Of a stretch of DNA of 64,000 nt, positions 1-13,158 are shown piece by piece; the first letter of the stretch is position 1, and every line of letters starts with the position of its first letter. The translations under genes were made by a program, and so were the position numbers. Source of the DNA: Selaginella moellendorffii (taxonomy: Eukaryota; Plantae; Lycopodiophyta); the NCBI RefSeq assembly GCF_000143415.4, contig NW_003314357.1, forward strand, positions 124,040 through 188,039. Reading direction: 5' to 3'. A model generated the notes under the pieces. That model saw only the letters and a list, made by a program, of their open reading frames with translations. It had not been told where the DNA came from and did not search any database.

Positions 1-2450
1 GTTGGAGGGTGAAGATCAGGTTGATGCAGAGCGGTTATGGCAGCAGGTTTGAGAGACTGAGTTAGCTACAATTGGCTGCATCTCTGTGGGTGGTTTACGT
101 GCAGCTGGGAATCAGATCGATATAATAGTGTCTACTACATGGCCTCAGATAGGTTCAACAAGTTGTATCTTGCAAGAAACAACAGCTCTCAAAGGAATGA
201 CAGGAAGGGCGTTGACCCCTGAAGAACTCAGGGCATGGCAGAAGGAGTATGCATTGGGAGTTTATATCGAGGCCAGAGCATGCAACCTAGCAGCTGGTAG
301 ACACGCCCAACGTGGTTCCATGTTTCCTTTGCCTTCGCTGAAGGCTTTGCATGAAGACTTCTTGGATGAGATATACCATGAAAAGGTTGAGCGCATTGAT
401 CAACAACCTGAAAAAGCTACAGGTGCATACAACCCACGACCGCTTTGCTTGGTAACGGACGGTTGGAAGACAGTTAGTGGGTAGCATATTCAGAATATTA
501 TGATCGTTGATGCAACACACCATGAAGAGTTTTTTTATGGCTCATTTGAGTGTTGTGAATCTTCAGGTATGCATTGTATTTTCATGTAACGTCCAATTAA
601 CTTGTTTGTTTTGCAATGCAACTGATATCTTGTATAGCAAATTGAAGAGTGTGGTTTCAGCTATAAACACTCGGGTACTCACTGATGATGCAAATGTAGC
701 CATAAACAACATCCCTGGCAATGGAAACACATTACATGATCAAATGTGGCATATAGAGAGGAAGCGTGGATTATCAGCAATAGTAATGGATAATGCGGCC
801 AACATGTAGCTTGTTGGATGCAAATTTGAAGTTGAGTTTGAAGATATGTGGAGTGTTCCATGCCAGTGTCATGCTCTGAACTTTGTACTAATGTCTTGGG
901 CAGGTTTAGACAACATCAAACAATATCTGGACATAGGGAAGTGTATAGTTCAATTTGTGAAGAACTCCACTCGTGTGCATGCTTTTTATCAAGCTCAGCA
1001 TCCTAAGCGGCAACTTGTCAAACCTGTCACTACTCGGTGAGTATTAGAGTTGTTAACTGTTTGTTACTGACTTTAACACTTTTTTTGTTTCTTTCACAGG
1101 TTTGGAACCTATTATTACATGCTCAGGTGATTATAGGAAGAGCATGGAGCATTGTAGAGGTTGTTTAGGAATACTGGATTTAAAGATTGGCTACGAAGCC
1201 AACCCGCAACAACAACAGACACTACTAACCAAGCCATGACGGCAGTGGAGGATTTTAATTTCTGGGCGGGTGTTGAGAAGGTGATGCAGTTGATGGAGCC
1301 GGTGGTCATGGCAATCAAGTTCTTTGATTGCTCAGCTTCAACCATTGGCTTTGTGTGGCAAGCATGGTGTTTTTTGAAGTTCAAGACAGCAGCAGTTACA
1401 AGTTTTAGTGCAGAGGACAAACAGTAGCTTGAAGACTTTCTGCAGAAATAGGAGGATCAGTATATAAGATCCTGTGACTTGTTTGGGGCAGCCTGGTGTC
1501 TAAATCCGCGTTACAGGGAGGATAGGAACAGACAGGAAGCAACAGCAGCATTCAATCGTGTTCAACATCGTTTCTATCCAAATGTTGAAGATGCCCACAA
1601 GCTAAATCAGGAGTACTTTGCGTACGTCGATGGAACTAGCCCCTTTTCCATTGCAGACAGCTGTGATGCACAAGAATTGCTTGAGAAAGGCAAGGATGGA
1701 GATTCACCTTGGCATGTTTGGGCCTCTGCGGTCAGCTTCAGCTGTGACTCGGGGGCAATGCTTTGGAGGTTTGCATGCTATATTCTTGGTTTGACAACTT
1801 CGAATTCTGAGGCTGAGCAGAATTTTAGTACATACAGCAATGTCTTGACATTAAAGCGGAACAAATAAGCCCTTTGTTCATTTATAAACATGAAGAACTT
1901 TTCTAACATTGGTGTCACTTGCCTGTATGTAGACTGCATCCAGAGCAGGCTGAGAAGCTCATTCATATTTACCAAAACCATCGAATTTGGGATAGGAAGG
2001 AATCTGAAACTTCTATGTGGATTGGAGGAGAATTTGATATTCCAAAAGAGAATGACTCTCCAGTTGTAGGAGGCAATGGCACAGGCCACACAACCACAGG
2101 TTTCAGGTCCTATGCAGAAGTTGACGCTGATAATTCCATGTCTAAAGATGAAGATGATGACTTCGATCGGGATTCTGATCTTAGGTTAGCTAATGGGAGG
2201 TAAGCTTCTTCGTTTACTTCTATCCAGGCTGATAGTATGCAAATACTATGCATAACAGTGAGATTAGTGGCCCTGGAGACGACATGGACTAGGTAACTGG
2301 TGTGGAGAGCTTACCTGCATCTCCCGTGCCTTGTCCTTTCAAGCACAAACGTCTAAATGAGGGAGATTTGAGTGCTGCTGCAATCAAAAAAAGGAAAATC
2401 TGTTTGTTAACTGATTTGGACCAGCCCGGTACCAGCAGTTTAGATGAAAC
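1..2450 (+). pseudogene. Degenerate hAT-superfamily transposase (DUF659 plus C-terminal dimerisation region) with stops and frameshifts
   Basis: Motifs in order across ORF fragments: LVTDGWK, AIVMDNAANM, WSVPCQCHALN, LVKPVTTR(F), AAWCLNPRY, SNSEAEQNFSTYSNVLTLKRNK, LHPEQAEKLIHIYQN. Short GT-AG introns (about 567-638, 1037-1099) and several in-frame stops. Confidence 0.85.
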
Positions 2451-5400
2451 GTGTATATACATTCCCTAATGTCCCGTAGGGATTAATACAAAAACCGGGC
2501 ATGCTACCCGAAGCTCATTCTACCTAGTGGAGATCTCCCTCATGTAAAGTGATACTAGGACTGCAGTAGAAGCGGCTGCGGTAGTCTCTGTCGTATCATG
2601 TCCAGATCCAAGTCCCCCCTTCGTGCTGACTGCAAGATCGATTCCGGGGGGTGCCATCTCCACTGAACCTTATTGTGTTCTCCTTCACCAAAACATGGCA
2701 ACCATGCTTGCTGCCACTCCTCAAGCCTCTGGTACCAGCAGTTTAGAGCAACAACTAGCGTCACTTGAAATTTCTCATGAATTTCCTGACATTGACATTG
2801 TTGAAGCTAGCACGTGCTGTTTTTTAATTTTTGGCTGCTTAAGGAAATTGTTGGCCTGGCCACTGCGACAAACTTTTCAAATAAATAACACTAATTTGTA
2901 TTAAAGCTTAACATTTTTTCTGCCAAAAAACCATTTCAAATGGCTTTTTGGTGGCCGAAATAAAAATTGGATGAATTTTATTGAATCAATCTCTCTTACA
3001 CTTGACAATATGGCATTAGAGGGTGTTTGACATCCAGGATGATGAGGAGACAGAGGCAGTGTATAATGCATAGGCATGAGCAGCAGCGTACTATGTGGAG
3101 CACTCGGTTCATGAGAACCAAGTGGATAAGAGCACGATGCCACAGCCTCCTCCTCTTAATCCTCCTCCTCACCCTCCCCTTCTTCAAATTGTTCCCCCAT
3201 ACCGCTTTTTATCAATCTGGAAAAGAGAAATCAAATATTACCTCCTAGACCTTGAACAAGCCGAGCAGGACAAATGGGCTGCGCTCAATGATAAAGCCCT
3301 GGGCTTCTAGGAGGGCATGGGCCACCCTCACAGCAATCCACGAGCAGCAGAAACCAGCTAATCGCACACAGCTTCACAGGAAGCTTTACTCCATGCCGAT
3401 GTCTGAGGCTGATGACCAGTTGCTTCAATCAACAGCACTTGGCGAGAAGTGATAACACTGCCTTGCACCGTAAGACGAGGGAGAAGATCCAAGACTTCTT
3501 CCTACAACACCACCTGAAAGACAGGCAAGAAGAAAACATCACGATCTAATGAGAGTCCTTCTAGCTCGACCAAGAAGTTCGACCCATGCCCGCACTGCTC
3601 ACAGGGAGCCCAATTGTCCAATGACGAACGCTAATTCATCAACCCGATGCAACTAATTTTGTTACTGTACATTCTCTTTACATTGCTTCTCAGTATGGTA
3701 CCTCAACCAGTGATTTGTAGCTGCCTGCCATCCCTACTGCAATGGTAGATGGTGGATTGACTTCTAGCGTTTTGAATTGAGCGGTTTTAGTACCACTATC
3801 CATGATGTGTACCTTGTTCCAAAGTAAGTGTGAACTTGCTCTCTATTGCCCTGGACCAGCTCGAGTTGTGGCATCAGCATATTGGACATGCCGCATTGCT
3901 CAGCTTGCCATAGTCTTGTCAAATGCCTCCAAGTTACACGTCCTAAAATGAAAGCAAACGCTTACCCTAAACCCTAAACTGATAATCTATATGGTCGTGC
4001 ATGAGAAACCTGATGTGCCACTTTCCACCGCACCAAGAACAGAGAAGTGTGCTCCAATAGATAGAAACCATCTCCAAACGGCTGACATGGCCAATCATGT
4101 TGCCTTGTTGAGAGAAATCCTGATACATAGTGAAAGGATGGAGAAGAGAGATGGAATCGGCCATAGCTGAGCAAGGAAGGAGAAAAAGAGAGAGAGGTGT
4201 AGGAAAATAAGAAAACATAACCCTACCTTTAGTTCCTGGTCTTGTTTATATAGTCTCGTCTTGCTCCTCGTTTTGGAAATTGCAACTGAGCTGGCAACCA
4301 TCACACTTGAATGTATGAATCTTTTGGTGTGAAAAAGTAAGAACAAGGTTTCCAGCTAAACATGAAAGAACATACCACTGAAAGATCAAAGATCAGTGCA
4401 TCTGGAAGCACAGCACCAAGATGCCATCATAGTCTTCGAGCCGTTTAAGCTCGATAGTGCCTGGAAAGAATAAATTGGAAGATAATTTAGTACGAGAAAG
4501 ACAAGAAAAAAAACCGGAGAGAGAAGCACAAACATGTAAGCTAGAAGCCATTGCTTATTACAAAGAATGCTGATGTGATGCATTCACGTTTGTGTCTCGT
4601 GTTTGCCTCTCAATTCCTCTTTTGTCTGATTCTATGAGGAATTTAGACAGTAAAATACATGAAGAAGGAGTGGACGCTCAAACCACCAAACGTGCAGATT
4701 GACAGGCTGGAAAATTGCCTAACTTGCGTCAACTAGTCTCAAGCTGCTTAGAATGCTCATTCAAAACCTGCTCAAACAGATCATTCTGCAAGATTGTTGA
4801 TGTAAGAAGACGGTCTAAAAGCTCACATTGAACACTGACTCGGAGCTTGAGGCACAGCTGTGCATAAATCTAATCCTCATCAAGGGGAAACGAAGTGAGA
4901 AAAGACAAAATCATGATATCATTAGTATTGTCCAGAAAATGTAAAACTTCTGAATATATATAAAATATTAATGCTAGACAATTCCTGGAATCAATAATGT
5001 CATTCAATTTTTTCTCTTTAAATTTTATATATATATATATATTATAGAACATAGAACTTTTAGGAATATGAATATATTTAGAACACTTATATTTTAAGAG
5101 AAAAAAAGTACAAAATGAATTGCTAAGACTAAATATTTTTTAAAGATATTAGATGCAAAGTATAAGCCAAGAATATTATCAAATTTCTAACATTAAGAAT
5201 TCAAGCACACTAATATATTAGATAATAAACTAGTAAAAGCACAAGTGCTAAACATATATTTATTAATTATATGTTAATGCACAGTATGGTTACTTGGGAT
5301 ATAAGAAAATTTAGAATACTAAGATCTTAAGAACACTAATATATTATTACCCAAACTCAAACAAAATCAAAAGAAGTATTATTAAGAATAGTTTTTATTA

Positions 5401-5722
5401 ATATAAAGAACAAGATTTAAGAACATTGATATTACTCAAAGCCAGACAAAGTCTAAAAGTAAAGAATATTAGCTTTGTGAGGTTTATTTTTCAGTGTTAC
5501 AAACAAATGCATGGAGCACTTTTTTGCCACATCATTGAGCACATATTCCTCACACTTTCTTCACTCCACAACATAGTCACAGTCAACAGTGTGGCATCAC
5601 CTTCTTCTCTCACCCCAGGCAATTGGCCACCACCCATTGGCTGAGAGTAAACATTAGCACGATTATTCGCTTAAATGTGGTTTATTCGCTAAGACGTGGT
5701 TAAAGAAATAACCCTTCTACAA

Positions 5723-6850
5723 CCGAGGCCACAATCACCGGATCCACCATCAGCTCCAAAGAAAGGGGACACCTGAAATCTGCTGGGATAGGCACACCCC
5801 AAGCCTTGTCATCGTCGTCTATTTCACTCAGCAGTTGAGTGAAGAGCAACAAGACGTCCTGTATCTTGGCCTTTTGGTCCTCCGAGGCAGCATTCTCCCC
5901 CTCTTTCTGCAAAGCTTCCAGCTCCTTCCCTAGGCTATTGTTGCATCTGATCCCCACCTTGCTTGCAATGCTCTGGAGCTTGTTTCTCCCAACGGCTTTC
6001 CCATGTCTATGTTGCAAGAGCATTGTGTCGATTTCCTCGGCTAGCCTGGCATCGGACACGTCTACAAAGTAGCTACTATTTCCACCAGCCTGCAAGACTG
6101 TCGTTTCGTTAAGGAGTTACTATCTGTAAAGAATGTGAGAGGTGCTTGCCTTGTGAGGAAAATTCTTCAAGGCGTGCTCGATTTGCAGCGTCACTTCCTT
6201 AAATCTTGTAGTGAAAAGCTGGCAACGCCATACCTGGAAGGAAATCTCGGTACTAAGCTAACTTTTCAAGGCTTTCACTATTAAGCTTACCTTGTATATC
6301 TTGCTTCCCGACATGTCCAACAAGACCTTAGCTCCTTGAAGCGCATTTTCAAGAGATCGAGCCCTTTCTCCTGCGATCGCAGATGAATCCCCCTCAGCCA
6401 GCACTGCCGCTATGGACTTGAGATATACTAGAAGCTGCAGCTGATGCGACGACAGCGAGTGCCTGCCAGAAGTGCGCAGTGCCACGATTCGCCTCCATTC
6501 CCGAAATATTTCTTTCCCGCGCTCACCACCTGGACTATAGGGAAGTTCTGTGGAGCATTCTCACTCCATACCCACTCACCCTAGGAAGGCCGATCGAGGC
6601 GAGGGGATCCATTGGCGGCGATGCACACCCTAGCGACTGCTAGCGGCTGCTGTGCAGTGCTCCGCTGTGGAGCTGCTGAGGGCAGCAATTCGTATAAAAT
6701 AACAAACGTACACGTCAGCTCCAAGCAAGATGATTCTTTGTAAAGAATATGAAATCCATCAAATAATATCTCTTTTAAAAAGTTATAATATATTTAAAAT
6801 ATGCTTAGATATTCTAAAATATTTACTTATCTAATGGTTATTATTTATTT
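5723..6850 (-). pseudogene. Truncated duplicate of the 5' half of the U-box gene at 21806-23921, including upstream DNA
   Basis: Near-identical to ~23066-24300. It breaks off inside the U-box (DPVIVAS|) and has a ~77-bp deletion in exon 1 (equivalent to 23819-23895). Confidence 0.92.
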
Positions 6851-7189
6851 ATATTAATTTATATTTGTAAAGTCTGTAAATACATATATGTATATACATA
6901 TATTACTCTGGCTAGGTAAAACATTAATTATAGTACTATAGCATATGAACCAGATTGAATTTAGTCCATCAATTATTATATATAAGTAACAGTCTAAACC
7001 CCAATTAATATAATTAATCCTATATCCCGAGCATTCACATTGATGGAGATGCAGTTTGTCCTTAAAAGGCAAAACTTTTTGGTAGTGCTTTGCTATTGTG
7101 AATGTGACTGTAGGTATCAAAATTATTTGTCGGTGAGTCATTTTATATATTCTTTACTGCCATGATGGCAAGAAGTTGGTATTGCTAGT

Positions 7190-8426
7190 TCCCTTTTCAT
7201 AAACCCTCTATGTGCCAAGTGTCATATATCACATGTCCAAGGGTAACAAAGCGGAACTTGAGTTTTAGGATTGATATCGAATTTCATTAGTTTCAATGAA
7301 GATAATGTTGATAGTTTGGCATTACCTTTATGTTATTGGTATTTGTGCATTTGCTAGTTAGCAACTATATTAGTGTTCAAATGAACTAAGTAGCAAGTTG
7401 AGCTAATCTTATTTTAGACAAGATTGCTTAGTAAAAGTTGAGCTTTGGCTTTTCCTTGAAAACGTGATTTAATTATGAACTATACTAACTTTACGAGAAA
7501 GAGTTAGTGATCAATATTTAAGTTTTTGATTCCTTGCTAAATTTGAGTTGGGATATATCAATCAGTGATGATTTTTTTTATGCTTGTAATGAAGTGAGTT
7601 ATATTTTGCTATAGAAGATGGATTTATAAAAGATTATTTGGTAATCACTTATTGAGTATAGCTTCATTGTGTTTGGTTTTTGAATTGATGCATATATATT
7701 CTTCATTAGTTTTTGTATTATGAAGTTTAGCTTATAGATATGTTAAGGAGGATATTGTGGGTTATACTACAATATCTTCTTTGGCATTGACATTAGTTCA
7801 TGCAAAACTTGTGATTTATATAAATAAAACTTAGCTATAGCTTCTTTGAGCCTTTATGCTCATTATTCCATTTGTTAGGAGTTGTTAGGGAAGGCATTTT
7901 TGCTCATTAGCTTTAATGTTGAAGTTAGTATTTGCATTTGACAATTATTGGTGATTATTAACTGTTATTTAGAAAAGTTGATTATCCTTGTCAAACGTTT
8001 TACTTGATTATTTTTTATATAGAATAATTTACTGTTCTTTAAACTAGTGGATTATTTTTTCTACGATAATTATACATCTCTTTATTGATGAGATGATTGA
8101 TGATCTTTCATGATAATTAGTTATTCTCTTTGATAGTCTATGGTTTTTCACATTACCATATATTTTTATAGTTTACTCTAAATTGGTTTCTTGGGTTTGA
8201 GATATTGGAAGGATGTTGCTAACACTTACTTAAGCAACTTGAGTTCCTTTATATTGTTGACTAGGATCTATTTAAATTGGCTAATGCAATAATTGGCATA
8301 AATATTATATTTGTTGGTTTTGTAATATTCATTTTGTTTTGATAATTGTTGCTACAGTTGGTTCTGATAGATTGAATATTATTTTATTTGGGTGATACAT
8401 TCATGAATATTTTGTTTGTCTATCAG
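7190..8426 (+). mobile_element. Old, AT-eroded copy of the family-A retrotransposon internal region (left part of host)
   Basis: Reverse-complement similarity to ~14730-15400 (for example 8180-8270 vs 14880-14975). LTR-like fragment at 7200-7270. Confidence 0.8.
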
Positions 8427-8927
8427 TGTAGTGCACGTGGTTTTGACCCTTTATCCTATGGTGATTTACCATAGGATAACACCACAAAGCGGAACCTAAA
8501 CCCTCTTTGTGCCACGTGACAGATGCCACATGTCACATACCACGTGTCCAAAGGAACATGGTGCGGAACTTGAGGTTTAGGGCCTTGGGCCACTGAACGA
8601 AGGAATGGTGCCAAACTCCCAAGCGTGAAGCCAAGGAGTGATGGAATTAGACCACGGAGCAACTCCCGAGCATATAGCCCAACGAGCGAAGGGACATGAG
8701 CCTAGAGCGACTTGGAATAGTCCTGGAGCAACCAACATCCCAATGCCAAGACTAGCACGCAAAACGGAGCCAAATGGAGTTTGGCGCTATTTTGGCATAC
8801 TGGTGGCCTAACGTGAGGATATGGGTACTCCACCAACTAGCATGGAATGGAACTTGGGCTTAGACCTAAGCCGGACGCAGAACAAGGACAGGCACGCAAG
8901 CGGGAGCTAGACTATGCCTCAGGTTGG

Positions 8928-11900
8928 TGTAGGCGACTAATTTTTCCATTCTACTTTAGTCACTTAACCACACCTCGGACCACTTGGAGGAGTCTCATTC
9001 ACAACCTCCATTAGTCCAATTCAGGACTTGGGACTTGCTAGCCCCAAGAATGGCATCCATGCCACTCAACACTTGCACCTGGTCCGAGTGCTCCACGTGT
9101 CCGGTCCTGAGACCGACACCCAAAGGTACCACTGACATCTCGGCCCGTTACGCTAAGGCCATGCCCATTCACCTTTGCTGCACTAGTGGTTCAACACCAC
9201 TTGCATCACCACCTTGTCTCTCCAAGACTGGGCCATGTGTCCACGAGTGGTCATCCTAGATCCACTCCTTAGCATCCTTAGGATGCCCACAGACCTGGGG
9301 AATTGCCTTCCCCAAAGTCCCTTTGTCAGTTCCTACCAAGTCCCTTTCTGCCCCTGGCCGTGTTTGCCAACACTGCCACTGGATCGAGGCCCACAGGCCC
9401 GACCACTAAGTCCCACGGTCCTCTGGGACTTCCTCACCACACGACTGTGTCCTTGGTCACTACCCCAGAGGACTGCTCCTCTTCCTTTCCACAGTCTGGG
9501 CCTTTGGGACGACATTTCGGAACACCGTGGCCTTACGCGAGCCACCTGGGTACTCTCCCCACTTATCGCCTTTAGGTGCTCTAGCCATGGGCTTAGAGCG
9601 AGGTTCCGTTGAGCCACGCCTGGTATCCAAGTAGGTAGTGCCACCCACACTTGGACTGGGAGCATCGGCCAGTCGATCTCCCGGGGGAACTAGAGCCGTC
9701 TCTTGAACACTTCACCAAGCTACCCCGCTTGTCGGTCCGTATTCACTCTAGTCTTGGACTTCCCAGTGGTCAGTTCATCACCCAACACTGGGTCTGGCCT
9801 TCCTGGGCCAAACTGGCCTTTCCTGGCCAAACTGGCTCCACTGCAGTCCTCCCCCTACTATACTTTTGGGGCTCACCAAACCCCCCAGGGTCTGGGAGAC
9901 GAACGCTTTGGGCTTTCACCCTCTCAGGCTCCGGACTCGGACTCGGACTCGGACTCGGACTCGGACTCGGATTCGGACTCGGACTCGGGCTAGGGCTCGG
10001 TCTCGGCCTTGGCCTCGGTCTCGGTCTCGGTCCCGATCTCGGTCTCGGTCTCGGTCTCGGTCCCGGTCTCGGTCCCGGTCTCGGTCTCGGTCTCGACTTC
10101 GGACTCCATCTCGGACTCCATCTCGGACTCCATCTCGGGTCCATCTCGGGTCCATCTCGGACTCCATCTCGGACTCCATCTCGGGTCCATCTCGGACTCC
10201 ATCTCGGACTCCATTTCGGGTCCACCTCGGGTCCACCTCGGACTCCATCTCAGACTCCATCTCAGACTCCATCTCGGGTCCATCTCGGGTCCATCTCGGA
10301 CTCCATCTCGGACTCCATCTCGGGTCCATCTCGGACTCCATCTCGGACTCCATTTCGGGTCCACCTCGGGTCCACCTCGGACTCCATCTTGGACTCCATC
10401 TCGGACTCCATCTCGGGTCCATCTCGGACTCCACTTCGGACTCCAACTCGGGTCCATCTCGGGTCCACCTCGGACTCCATCTCGGACTCCATCTCGGACT
10501 CCATCTCGGACTCCACTTCGGACTCCAACTCGGGTCCATCTCGGGTCCACCTCGGACTCCACTTCGGACTCCAACTCGGGTCCATCTCGGACTCCACTTC
10601 GGACTCCAACTCGAGTCCATTTCAGACACTCCCACGTGTCATGTGTTGGTCCTTTTGGGTCCCTTTTTGGAGCCTCGCCTTTTGCTTGCTTCGTGCTCGT
10701 TCCTTGAGCACTTCGTTGGGAGTTCCACTCCCGCTCTTGACTTTTCAAGTCGGAGCTTTTGGTCCAAACGTGTTACGCTCGTTTGGCTCTCGCTTCGGCC
10801 ACTACCATGTGGCGCCCTTCCGGCTCCACTTTGGGGCCTAGGGATTTCTGTCTCACAACTCCACCACCCATAGACGAAGTTCGATGTCCTCATCGAACGG
10901 TAAACCATTTTGTAAAGTAACACTCGTATGTGTTACCATTTCCATCCTTGGCACCTAGCCAATATTTGTCAATGGTTTGACATTGAAGGCTCACCATGCC
11001 TTTTACATATGCCTCAATGGTTTGACACCAAAGGCTCACCATGCCTTGCCTATCCTCTAAGGAGGGTAGTCTCCCCAACTTAGAGACTGATTGGACCACA
11101 AGGAGTGGTTCTCTCCTTTTATTGGTTTAGTTCTCGCTAAACCTCTTAGAGACCCTTCTCTAAGTCAATCCCACTACTCCTTCTCGAGTAGTCTCAATTT
11201 CCATCGATATAACCTTTGCACTTTGGAACTTTGAATTTTGACTTCTTGGAGTCAATTTCCTAGGTGTCTCCGACACCTTGCCTTGCACCTTTTGTGCAAC
11301 TCCACTTCCCATCCTAGGAAGTTCTCTACTCGAGGGCACCATCATCCTCTCTTCTATTTCGTGCCAAAGTTCCAGTTATCATACTTTGTGTTAGGGCCGT
11401 TCATCGCCCTATCATTTGGCTACCTTACCGCTCCCTCCCTTGGAGCTTCCACTTTTGCCAAATCGGAGCAATTCGGAATCCCTCCTTGGAAACACACTTC
11501 CTTTCCCGCAACTTGTTAGCGTCCAACACATTAGTGTTCCTCGCCTAACTTTGTCACTTGGATTCCTTCCAAGGGATTCCACGGCCCTATCTTGGCCATT
11601 CATCTTTTGCTCCTATCCGTTGATTGTTGCACCAAGCAACATTGAATCTCTACCTCCCTCCTTGAGGTATTGTTTCGGTTCCATAGCAAAGACTCTTCTT
11701 TGCCAAGTCCGGAGGATGTTCACCCCTAGTACGTCTCTTTAGCATCTTCTGCTATGGGCTCTATCCACGGCCCAACTTCGTGACCCTCCCATGGGTCTTT
11801 TATAGAGACTACTTTCCTCGGACTCACTATGCCATCGCACGGACATAGTTTATTTCCCTTAGGTGCTCTTCCCACTTGGTTATCACGACCAAGCCACACC

Positions 11901-13158
11901 ACCTTAAACAGTTCAATCTCAACATTTTGAACCAGGAACTTCATTCCTTAGCCAACCAAGGACCTTGTCCTTTTCTGGCCATAAGATCACCTAGTGATCT
12001 CACCTTGGCACCTTAACAGAGTTGCCAAGAGGTACTTGGTTTTCTAGACCTCCAAGTTGTTGACTATAACCCCGGGGGCATCCCCCACACTTGGCGGTGC
12101 ACCCAAGCTAGCCCTTACGGCCAAGGGTTCATAGCAACTGAGATTAGGTGTCCCCATCTCACTCACCACGACCTTGGTGCCACTTGCACCAAAGTGTTCA
12201 AGTTAGATATGCTGAGCTTTCACACTAAGCAATCTAACCGTGCATCACGACTCCGAGGCATCCCTCGCTTGGCGGTGTGCCCAAACCAGTCTCCCCACTG
12301 AGAGTCCATGACCACCGAAATATGAGTGTCCTCATATTCCAAACCATCACCACGCCCTAGTGATTTGGGACTCGAACCCAAGCACTAGAGGGTCGGGACT
12401 CGAACCCAACCTCCGTATATGCATCTACGGACGGCATCACACTAGATGCCTGGCATGACTCCCCACGCCGGTGCACCAACCTATTTTTAAAGCGCGCTAC
12501 AGATCACAGCTTAGGAACCTAGTTCCTCCACACTGCCAAGTCCTCTCACTTGACATGTCTGTGATCATGCATGGACTCCTCCATGCTCGGCCCCATGGCC
12601 CACCCTTTTTGAAGTTATCACCTTCAACTAGGGTCTTTATTCCCCCGACGTGCCAATCTCACTTGGCAAGTCCTCCGACCATTGTAACATGGTTCCTGCA
12701 TAAGCGTGAAAGTCCTTGACCATCGACTTTCGTTCAAAGCCCTCTCTTTGAACACTCGGGAACTACTTCCCTAACCTTGATAACCTTGCCTCATGGCAAG
12801 CTTCAAGACCACGCTTCTGCTGCGCCACTCTGATTTCGCGCGTTCCATGAACCATTTACACTTGGCCTTTCTAGGTACTACGCTACCTAGAATCGTCTTT
12901 GGGAACCTTGAAGGAACTCTGTCCCTCAGCTTGCTAAGGCCTCCCCTTTCGCAAGCTTTATAGTTGCCATATAGTCTAACATGGACAATTCCATATTTTA
13001 GACTCTCCATGGCATCACGGTTGCTAGCAACAACATCCTCGAGCACCCTCTTGATTCCCCACTCCCAACTTTCATAACCACTATTGGATATGCCCTTTGA
13101 TTTCTATGGTTCAATTCCATCCCAATACTACTTGCTTTTGGCTTCACACCTTTCCATA
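8928..13158 (-). mobile_element. Nested truncated gypsy element: 3' LTR ~8928-10857 plus degenerate internal region
   Basis: TGTAGG...CTCACA is followed by the PPT complement ACTCCACCACCC. A TATA-region block (9855-9925) resembles the family-A LTR at 13305-13360. Decayed integrase/chromodomain-like traces (RKLTPR; YECYFTKWF). Confidence 0.7.
9930..10625. repeat. ~700-bp compound micro/minisatellite inside the nested LTR
   Basis: (GGACTC)n, then (GGTCTC)n, then mixed 12-mer CTCGGACTCCAT and 11-mer CTCGGGTCCAT units, then CTTCGGACTCCAA variants. Confidence 0.97.

Noticed and set aside
2900-4860. Short ORFs with Pro-rich or Cys-containing stretches
   Set aside because: Fragmentary, with no consistent frame or family signature.
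9930-10625. Repeat array as a CRISPR-like locus
   Set aside because: No unique spacers, eukaryotic context and no cas genes.
9651-10873. Multiple long overlapping ORFs (GL, RS and SD repeats)
   Set aside because: Products of the stop-free satellite, not genes.
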